DNA of 33,489 nucleotides from contig DIPE01000093.1 in the NCBI GenBank assembly GCA_002427015.1, forward strand, positions 1-33,489, written 5' to 3'. A model generated the notes under the pieces. The model worked only from the letters and a program-made list of their open reading frames with translations, was not told the origin of the DNA and searched no databases. This stretch comes from Firmicutes bacterium UBA5496 (GTDB lineage Bacteria > Bacillota > Proteinivoracia > UBA4975). The position numbers were made by a program, and so were the translations under genes. Of this stretch, positions 1 to 6,052 are shown one piece after another (position 1 is the first letter of the stretch; the number at the start of each line of letters is the position of its first letter).

Positions 1-21
1 GCCAAACTCAGCCATCTCTCC
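1..21 (-). tRNA. 5' fragment of a type-II tRNA, probably tRNA-Ser (cut by the window edge)
   Basis: The reverse complement reads GGAGAGATGGCTGAGTTTGGC, the same acceptor/D-arm start as the complete tRNA-Ser at 35-127. The anticodon lies outside the window. Confidence 0.5.
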
Positions 22-34
22 GTGTTTCTTATAA

Positions 35-127
35 TGGCGGAGAGAGTGAGATTCGAACTCACGGGACGGGACTGCCGTCCACTCGCTTTCGAGGCGAGCG
101 CTTTAAGCCGGACTCAGCCATCTCTCC
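35..127 (-). tRNA. tRNA-Ser(CGA)
   Basis: The reverse complement is GGAGAGATGGCTGAG...CTCGC-CTCGAAA-GCGAG...GGTTCGAATC...TCTCTCCGCCA. It has a long variable arm, a T-loop, an encoded CCA and anticodon loop CTCGAAA. Confidence 0.9.
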
Positions 128-130
128 GCA

Positions 131-580
131 TTATCTTAGTTGTCGAAAAAAATCTTTAAGAATTTGGCTGCATTCTTTGGCCATGATACCGCCAAATGCC
201 TCCAGATGATGATTATAACCGGATATTCTTCTCAGGTCAATAAGGGAGCCAAATGCCCCTGCCTTGGGATCGCTGGCGCCATAGTAAACTGTCTTGATTC
301 TTGCTTGCAGGATGGCGCCGGCGCACATGGGACAGGGCTCCAGGGTCACGTAAATCTTGCAGCCATATAGCCGCCAATCTCCCAGACGCCTGGCAGCCTG
401 CCTGATCGCAAGGATCTCGGCATGAGCAATCGGGTCCTTGTCTGCCTCCCGGCGATTGCCAGCTACAGCCAGAATTCTGTTGTCCTTATTAACAATCACA
501 GCGCCAATGGGAACTTCCCCTATTTGGCAGGCCTGTTTTGCCGCGGCCAAGGCAACAGCCATAAACAGCTTATGGTTCAT
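131..580 (-). CDS. tadA: tRNA-specific adenosine deaminase TadA (149 aa, start at the internal ATG MNHKLF)
   Basis: It carries the CDA-fold zinc motifs HAEILAI and EPCPMCAGA. GGGTGA lies 5 nt upstream of the ATG at 580. The longer 199-aa ORF reads through tRNA-Arg(CCT) and is rejected. Confidence 0.9.
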   Translation of the reverse strand: MNHKLFMAVALAAAKQACQIGEVPIGAVIVNKDNRILAVAGNRREADKDPIAHAEILAIRQAARRLGDWRLYGCKIYVTLEPCPMCAGAILQARIKTVYYGASDPKAGAFGSLIDLRRISGYNHHLEAFGGIMAKECSQILKDFFRQLR

Positions 581-600
581 AATAATCACCCAATTGACTA

Positions 601-676
601 TGGTGCGCCCGGGAGGAATCGAACCTCCGGCACACGGTTTAGGAAACCGTTGCTCTATCCCCTGAGCTACGGGCGC
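601..676 (-). tRNA. tRNA-Arg(CCT)
   Basis: The reverse complement is GCGCCCGTAGCTCAGGGGATAGAGCA-ACGGT-TTCCTAA-ACCGT...GGAGGTTCGATTCCTCC-CGGGCGC-ACCA. This gives a cloverleaf and a CCT anticodon. Confidence 0.9.
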
Positions 677-730
677 AAGCAACAACAAGACTGGCCTTTG
701 ACCTTCTGTCTCTGGCCAGCATATTGGCAA

Positions 731-807
731 TGGCGTGCCCGGCAGGATTCGAACCTGCGGCCTTTTGATTCGTAGTCAAACGCTCTATCCAGCTGAGCTA
801 CGGGCAC
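731..807 (-). tRNA. tRNA-Arg(ACG)
   Basis: The reverse complement is GTGCCCGTAGCTCAGCTGGATAGAGCG-TTTGA-CTACGAA-TCAAA...GCAGGTTCGAATCCTGC-CGGGCAC-GCCA. The anticodon is ACG. Confidence 0.9.
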
Positions 808-811
808 ATTA

Positions 812-906
812 TGGCGGAGAGAGAGGGATTCGAACCCTCGAAGCAAGTTTAGGCTCGCTTAATCGCTTAGCAGGCGATCCCCTTCGGCCGGCTCGGGCAT
901 CTCTCC
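812..906 (-). tRNA. tRNA-Ser(GCT)
   Basis: The reverse complement is GGAGAGATGCCCGAGCC...ATCGC-CTGCTAA-GCGAT, followed by a long variable arm and GGGTTCGAATCCCTC...CGCCA. Confidence 0.9.
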
Positions 907-916
907 AGTCTGTTAA

Positions 917-1003
917 TGGCGGAGGGGGTGGGATTCGAACCCACGGCTCTCGCGAGTCACTGGTTTTCAAGACCAGCTCCTTAAACCGCTCGGACACCCC
1001 TCC
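917..1003 (-). tRNA. tRNA-Ser(TGA)
   Basis: The reverse complement is GGAGGGGTGTCCGAGCGGTTTAAGGAG-CTGGT-CTTGAAA-ACCAG, followed by a variable arm and GTGGGTTCGAATCCCAC...CGCCA. Confidence 0.9.
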
Positions 1004-1020
1004 AACAGGTGACGCAAAAA

Positions 1021-1049
1021 ATTGTAACACACCATGCTGCCTAAGTCAA
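1021..1049 (-). promoter_or_regulatory. Sigma-A type promoter (proximal) for the tRNA/tadA operon
   Basis: On the minus strand this reads TTGACT (1049-1044), a 17-nt spacer, then TGT-TACAAT (1026-1021, extended -10). It lies about 18 nt upstream of the first tRNA. Confidence 0.6.
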
Positions 1050-1102
1050 TGAAACAGTAAACCAATAAGGCTAATAACGATTTATTCTTATCCCGATTTT
1101 TT

Positions 1103-1131
1103 ATTTTACACTAAAAAATTGACTTATGCAA
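1103..1131 (-). promoter_or_regulatory. Second (distal) sigma-A type promoter candidate for the tRNA operon
   Basis: On the minus strand this reads TTGCAT (1131-1126), a 17-nt spacer, then TAAAAT (1108-1103). Tandem promoters are common for stable-RNA operons. Confidence 0.45.
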
Positions 1132-1171
1132 ACCGAAAAATTGTCTTTATTGATGTTTTTTTCCTAGAATT

Positions 1172-1195
1172 GGCCGGGCACAGTTGTGCCCGGCC
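1172..1195 (-). terminator. GC-rich hairpin 3' of the EF-G paralogue (no U-tract)
   Basis: GGCCGGGCAC-agtt-GTGCCCGGCC forms a 10-bp stem 10 nt after the stop codon. On the minus strand it is followed by AATTCTAGG rather than a T-run, so it is either an atypical terminator or a 3' stabiliser. Confidence 0.45.
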
Positions 1196-1204
1196 TTGAA
1201 CTTA

Positions 1205-3277
1205 TTATTCTTCAGAAGTTGCTTTCTTGTGTTCAGCGATTATTTTTTCGGCGATATTTGCAGGCACTTCCTCATAATGGGAGTATTCCATGTTGAACTC
1301 GCCTCTTCCCTGGGTCATTGAGCGCAAGTCCACAGCATATCCATACATCTCGGCAAGGGGAACCTGGGCCCTGATAACCTGGGTTCCGTCTGTTTGTGGA
1401 TCCATGCCGGCCACCCGCCCCCGGCGGGAGGGCATGTCTCCCATAATATCGCCCATGAAATTTTCTGGCACTTTCACTTCTACGTTGTAGATTGGCTCTA
1501 ACAAAATGGGATTGGCTTCCTGCAGGCCTTTTTTATAAGCCAGGGATGCAGCAATTTTAAAGGCCATTTCCGAAGAGTCAACATTGTGGTAGGAACCGTC
1601 TAAGAGTGTAGCCCTGATATCCACTGCGGGGAATCCCGCCAAAATGCCTTCTTCCATGGCTTCTATCAGGCCCTTTTCCACTGCGGGTATATAGTTTCTG
1701 GGCACTGACCCGCCAAAGATTTTGTCGACAAACTCGAATTGTTCTCCACGAGGCAAGGGTTCGAAGTTAATCTTGACATGGCCGTACTGGCCGCGGCCGC
1801 CAGATTGTTTTTTATGCTTTCCTTCCACCTCAGCGGAACCTTTGATTGTCTCCTTATAAGGGATCTTGGGCTTTGTAAGGTCTACATCGACGCCAAATTT
1901 TTTCGCCAGGCGGCTGACGATAATTTCCAGGTGAGTGTCACCCATGCCATAAATCAAGGTTTGTTTGGTCTCGATATTGCGCTCCACCCTAAAGGTGGGA
2001 TCCTCTTCCAGGAACTTGGCTAAGCCGGCGCCTACCTTTTCTTCGTCATTTTTGGATCTGGGCTCTACAGCAAAGGATGCCATGGGGATAGGATAATCAA
2101 TCCCCTGCATCTTGTACTTGTTGTCTTTATCGCCCAGGGTATCGCCTGTATTGGTATCCCCGAGCTTGGCTATGGCGGCAATGTCGCCCGTAATGGCCTT
2201 GGTAATTGGGATTTGAGTTTTGCCCCGGAACAGGAACAGCTGTCCCACACGTTCAGTTTTTTCCTTGTTGAGGTTAACGGCCTGGGTATCTGAGGCCAGT
2301 TCGCCGCTGTACACCCGGAAGAAGCTGACTTTGCCCACAAAGGGGTCTGCCATTGTCTTAAAGACCAGAGCCCGGAACGGTTCCTGTGCCCCAGCCGGAA
2401 TTTCGATTGTCTTGCCCTCGGCATCTAGGGCCAGGGCTTTATCTGCAGGAACGGGAGCTGCAAAGACCAGAAAATCCAGAAGCTGGGGAATGCCGATGCC
2501 CTTCACTGCTGAGCCGCAGAGCACCGGGTATAATTTGGCCCCGGCGACTGCCTGCTGCACTCCCGAGATAATTTCTGCGCTGGTCAGCTCCTCGCCTTCC
2601 AGGTACTTGAGGGTCAGTTCATCGTCGGTTTCTGCTGCTATTTCTACAAGCTGTTCCCGGTATTTTTCCGCCTCGCCCTTAAGATTATCGGGAATATCTG
2701 CAGCTTGGAATTTATCCCCGGAATACATAAAGGCCTTCATCTGCAAGATATCGACGACGCCCTTAAAGTCCTCTTCGCTGCCAATGGGCAGCTGGACAGG
2801 AACGACATTAGAGCCGAAATGCTCCCGGGCCTCAGCCAGGGTTTTCTCAAAGTTGGCATTTTCTCTGTCCAATTTGTTCATGAAAATAATCCTGGGAAGA
2901 GCTTCTTTGTCTGCTAGGTTCCAAACTTTCTCTGTGCCTACTTCTACCCCTGAGACTGCGCATAAGGTGACGAGCCCTGTTTCGACTACCCGCAGGGAGC
3001 TAATGACTTCGCCGACGAAGTCAAAGTAACCCGGAGTGTCAATAAAATTCAGGCGGCAATCTTTCCACTCTACTGGGGCAATGGCGGCATTAATGGTTAT
3101 CTGCTTTTTGATTTCATCAGCGTCATAATCAGTGGTGGTAGTGCCATCTTCCACCCTGCCTATCCTCTGAATTGCACCGGAATAATAGAGCATGCTTTCG
3201 GTCAAAGTTGTCTTTCCGGAACCACCATGTCCAATAATGCTGATATTGCGCAGTTTATCGGTGCTATAGTTCTTCAC
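1205..3277 (-). CDS. Elongation factor G paralogue (EF-G-like translational GTPase, 690 aa)
   Basis: The G motifs are GHGGSGKT, DTPG and NKLD, and the length and C-terminal domains are EF-G-like. It starts at GTG with a GAGGAGGAG SD. It is not in str-operon context, so I give no fusA symbol. Confidence 0.85.
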   Translation of the reverse strand: MKNYSTDKLRNISIIGHGGSGKTTLTESMLYYSGAIQRIGRVEDGTTTTDYDADEIKKQITINAAIAPVEWKDCRLNFIDTPGYFDFVGEVISSLRVVETGLVTLCAVSGVEVGTEKVWNLADKEALPRIIFMNKLDRENANFEKTLAEAREHFGSNVVPVQLPIGSEEDFKGVVDILQMKAFMYSGDKFQAADIPDNLKGEAEKYREQLVEIAAETDDELTLKYLEGEELTSAEIISGVQQAVAGAKLYPVLCGSAVKGIGIPQLLDFLVFAAPVPADKALALDAEGKTIEIPAGAQEPFRALVFKTMADPFVGKVSFFRVYSGELASDTQAVNLNKEKTERVGQLFLFRGKTQIPITKAITGDIAAIAKLGDTNTGDTLGDKDNKYKMQGIDYPIPMASFAVEPRSKNDEEKVGAGLAKFLEEDPTFRVERNIETKQTLIYGMGDTHLEIIVSRLAKKFGVDVDLTKPKIPYKETIKGSAEVEGKHKKQSGGRGQYGHVKINFEPLPRGEQFEFVDKIFGGSVPRNYIPAVEKGLIEAMEEGILAGFPAVDIRATLLDGSYHNVDSSEMAFKIAASLAYKKGLQEANPILLEPIYNVEVKVPENFMGDIMGDMPSRRGRVAGMDPQTDGTQVIRAQVPLAEMYGYAVDLRSMTQGRGEFNMEYSHYEEVPANIAEKIIAEHKKATSEE

Positions 3278-3359
3278 AACAATCTCCTCCTCACAATTGG
3301 TGCCAGTCCATCTTTGTGTAATAACTTCGACTTGGAATAAAAAAAATCCTGCATCTCTT

Positions 3360-4259
3360 CTAATATAGCATATTCTTTATCACTTCTGCCGCATTCTCCA
3401 AGCGCTGCCCTGGTATTTTTTCCACCCAGGCTGGGAAAATGCTGGTTTTGTCCAAGTTATGCAAGGAATATACCTTTGGATCGATGGGGCCCTGCAAGTC
3501 TTCCCATTCCAGGGGAAAGGACAGAGTGGGAGTGGGTTGGGGGCGTAAACTGTATGCCGAAACTATGGTCTGTCCCCTGGCGTTCTGCATGTAGTCCAGG
3601 TAAATTTTCCCTTGCCTGTGGTTGATGCTCCTTTCTAAAGTAGTCCACTGGGGAAAGGCCTGGTGAATTACCCGACAACAGGCATGGATGAAATCCCGCG
3701 CTTGTTGATATGTATATAGCGGCGCCAGAGGCACAAAGACCTGCAAGCCGGTAGCTCCCGAAGTCTTCACCCGCCCAATGAGTCCAAGTTTTTGCAGCAG
3801 TTCGCCTATAGCGTGGGCAACCTGACGCACTTCGTCAATTCCATACTTCTCCATTGGATCCAGATCAAAAACAGCATAGTCCGGGTGATCAAGGCTGCCA
3901 ACACTTGAAAGCCAGGGATGAAATTCGATTACACCCAAATTCGCCAGCCACACCAAGGTTGGCAAATCCTCTATGAGCACATAACTGGTTGCCTTGCCGC
4001 TCTTCCCTTGCAGCGTAAAAGTCTTCACCCAATCCGGAGCATTGTCAGGGCAATTTTTTTGGTAAAACCCGTGGCTCCGGACTCCATGGGGAAACCTTTG
4101 CAGGGAAACCAGCCTGCCTTTTAGACAGGGCAGCAGCAAGGGAGACACTTTAATATAATACTCCAGCATCTGCCCCTTGGTGGTTCCAGTGCTGGGCCAA
4201 AGCACCTTGTCCGGATTGGAAATTCGCACTTGTCTGCCCTGAATATCAAGGTAAGGCAA
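3360..4259 (-). CDS. ligD: NHEJ DNA polymerase/primase, stand-alone LigD polymerase (AEP) domain
   Basis: It shows VFDLDP (the AEP DxD metal motif), KTSGATGLQVFVPL and LDYMQN...YSLRP. The start is TTG, preceded by GGAGGAG 7 nt upstream. It overlaps the ligase gene by 14 nt. Confidence 0.85.
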   Translation of the reverse strand: MPYLDIQGRQVRISNPDKVLWPSTGTTKGQMLEYYIKVSPLLLPCLKGRLVSLQRFPHGVRSHGFYQKNCPDNAPDWVKTFTLQGKSGKATSYVLIEDLPTLVWLANLGVIEFHPWLSSVGSLDHPDYAVFDLDPMEKYGIDEVRQVAHAIGELLQKLGLIGRVKTSGATGLQVFVPLAPLYTYQQARDFIHACCRVIHQAFPQWTTLERSINHRQGKIYLDYMQNARGQTIVSAYSLRPQPTPTLSFPLEWEDLQGPIDPKVYSLHNLDKTSIFPAWVEKIPGQRLENAAEVIKNMLY

Positions 4260-5151
4260 ATTCTTTCTCCTCCAACACTAATGTTTTCAGGACCGGCGCT
4301 CTCACTGTTAGGGATTCTGTCCATTCCATATACTCAATTTCAGCCTGCAGCAATGGCCTGACCCAATGGGATGTCTTTAACTTGACCGGCGCTTGTACCG
4401 CCGGTTGGGGGATGGCCAGAGGCTGCAAAAGTTCCTGGAGCATCTTTATGCTGCTCTGGCTGAGACCGCTTGCAACCCCCCCGGCAAACTCTATTCCCTG
4501 GCCGAAATCAAAGCCCAGGAGCAGAGAGGCCAGCTTGCCTTGATTGGTGGTATAGCCCACAATCCAGAATATTCCTTTTTGCCGGTGTTTGATTTTCTGC
4601 CACTCAGGAGATTTCCCAGGACGGTAAGGGCTAGCCAAATCTTTGGCCACAATGCCTTCCCAGCCCTTTTCTCCGGTCAAGTAAAACAATTTGCCCCCGT
4701 TACTAAAATTATCTATTACCGAGACGGGGCCCTGAGGCAATTCAATGCTGGCCAGGGCCGCTTGCCGGCTTGCTAAAGGCTGAGGACGCAAATCCCTGCC
4801 TTCAAGGCAGAGGATGTCAAAGATTACGTAGGCAATCGGCGGCGCCCCCGGCCCGGGCCGCAAGGCAAAATTGCGGCGCAGAATCAAGGAAAAATCAGGT
4901 TTGCCATTGCGTATGGCCACTAATTCGCCATCAAGGATTGTGGGTTGCGGCAAAATATTTCCCAGGCAATTTAACTCCGGGAAAGCAGTGGTTTTTAGCT
5001 TGCCCCCTTTATTCTGCAGGGTGACTTCGCCCTGGCGGATGAAGGCCAGCATTCTCACTCCATCCCATTTTACTTGGTACACATAATTTACCAGCTCTGG
5101 CACGCCTGTGGCCAACACAGGCTCCATAACCCTAACCTGGCCCGGTTCCAT
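4246..5151 (-). CDS. ligD: ATP-dependent DNA ligase, stand-alone LigD ligase domain
   Basis: Nucleotidyl-transferase motif I is KWDGVR (adenylated Lys). The roughly 300-aa size and the position between ku and the pol domain fit this call. Confidence 0.85.
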   Translation of the reverse strand: MEPGQVRVMEPVLATGVPELVNYVYQVKWDGVRMLAFIRQGEVTLQNKGGKLKTTAFPELNCLGNILPQPTILDGELVAIRNGKPDFSLILRRNFALRPGPGAPPIAYVIFDILCLEGRDLRPQPLASRQAALASIELPQGPVSVIDNFSNGGKLFYLTGEKGWEGIVAKDLASPYRPGKSPEWQKIKHRQKGIFWIVGYTTNQGKLASLLLGFDFGQGIEFAGGVASGLSQSSIKMLQELLQPLAIPQPAVQAPVKLKTSHWVRPLLQAEIEYMEWTESLTVRAPVLKTLVLEEKEFALP

Positions 5152-5972
5152 TAACCCACCCGGCCTTTTTTGGCCTTTTCCGGAGGCATAGGGGTAAATC
5201 TTTCTTTTTCAATAGCCTCAAGGCTCGCCCGCAGTGATTCCATCAAATCAGTCACTTTCTCTGCGGGTGGGGCTACAGAGGGCGCAGGCTGTTCCCCCGC
5301 CAGCTTTACTTGAATCAAATCCAACAATGCCTTGCGATAATCATCGCTATATTTTTCGGGAGCAAAATCTGCAGTCATACTCTCCACCAGCTGGGTGGCC
5401 ATGTTCAACTCCCGCTCTTCTGCAGCCAACTCCCGGTCAATGCCCGGGACCTCCAGCTGGGATCTGACCTCATCGGGGTATTTCATGGTCTCCATCACCA
5501 ATACATCTTTATAGATTCTCAGAGCTGCCAGAGCCTGTTTTGAGCGGATGACCACTTTTGCTACCGCCACGCGGCCACTGTTTTTCAGGGCGCTGACCAA
5601 CAGATTATATGCTTTTTTCCCGGTTTCTTCTGGGCCAAGAAAATAGCTTTTTTCGTAGTAGATGGGATCTATTTCTGCCAGCCGGCAAAAATCTAGGATG
5701 TCGATAGTGCGCGTCTTTTCGGCAGGAATCGACTCAAAATCCTCATCCCTCATCACTATGAAGCTGTCCTTTTGATATTCATACCCCCTGACAATCTCTG
5801 CCCAGTCCACCTCCTGCTTGCAGCGGGGACATGTTCGCTGGTATTTCAGAGGTGTATTACATTTACTGTGGAGGTATTTAAACTTTATGGATTTGTCTTC
5901 ACTGGCGGCGTACATCTTTACCGGGATGTTGACCAGGCCAAAGCTGACGGCGCCTTTCCAAACCGGCCGCAT
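5151..5972 (-). CDS. ku: Ku DNA end-binding protein (273 aa, start at MRPVWKG)
   Basis: The N-terminus WKGAVSFGLVNIPVKMY is typical of bacterial Ku, and the C-terminal tail is basic. AAGGGGGGA lies 6 nt upstream of the ATG at 5972. The longer ORF start would read through the gyrA terminator. Confidence 0.9.
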   Translation of the reverse strand: MRPVWKGAVSFGLVNIPVKMYAASEDKSIKFKYLHSKCNTPLKYQRTCPRCKQEVDWAEIVRGYEYQKDSFIVMRDEDFESIPAEKTRTIDILDFCRLAEIDPIYYEKSYFLGPEETGKKAYNLLVSALKNSGRVAVAKVVIRSKQALAALRIYKDVLVMETMKYPDEVRSQLEVPGIDRELAAEERELNMATQLVESMTADFAPEKYSDDYRKALLDLIQVKLAGEQPAPSVAPPAEKVTDLMESLRASLEAIEKERFTPMPPEKAKKGRVG

Positions 5973-6018
5973 ACTAATCCCCCCTTGTCTTTTCTTTATA
6001 TTGCCCGCATTTGAAGAT

Positions 6019-6046
6019 AAATAAAAGAGTCCCCAGCCGGGGACTC
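6019..6046 (-). terminator. Rho-independent terminator of gyrA
   Basis: On the minus strand GAGTCCCC-ggct-GGGGACTC is followed by TTTTATTT, starting 7 nt after the gyrA stop codon. Confidence 0.8.
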
Positions 6047-6052
6047 GCACTT

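Noticed and set aside
422-1052. ORFs of 105-117 aa (422-775, 735-1052, 809-1030) and the 50-aa N-terminal extension of the tadA ORF (581-730).
   Set aside because: They are translations through four tRNA genes, and the cloverleaf assignments explain the sequence fully.
2220-3029. A 269-aa plus-strand ORF inside the EF-G paralogue. Similar antisense ORFs occur at 7535-8236 (gyrA), 18055-18645 (mnmE/mnmG junction), 31961-32596 (ssb/rpsR), 26918-27421 and 9316-9816.
   Set aside because: All of them are antisense to genes with strong motif evidence. Their compositions are Ser/Arg/Pro-biased and they lack SDs. I treat them as shadow ORFs.
3278-3359. A possible riboswitch/leader or terminator between LigD-pol and the EF-G paralogue (T8 run at about 3335-3342).
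   Set aside because: The gap is only 82 nt, I found no stable stem preceding the T-run, and there is no conserved riboswitch core. I treat it as a plain intercistronic spacer.
5973-6018. A forespore sigma-G (or sigma-A) promoter for ku, expected by analogy with B. subtilis ykoVU.
   Set aside because: The 46-nt leader offers only CAATATA / TATAAA as -10-like elements, with no acceptable GnATR or TTGACA-like -35 at 17-18 nt. That is too weak to call.
5973-6050. A 26-aa N-terminal extension of the Ku ORF (MRVPGWGLFY...).
   Set aside because: The extension reads through the gyrA rho-independent terminator hairpin. The internal ATG at 5972 has a strong AAGGGGGGA SD and gives the canonical Ku N-terminus.
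1-6050. The possibility that the tRNA cluster, EF-G paralogue and Ku/LigD genes form a tRNA-associated genomic island.
   Set aside because: I saw no integrase, recombinase or transposase ORF and no direct repeat of a tRNA 3' end. Codon and GC character look like the neighbours by eye. I cannot exclude it without comparative genomics.
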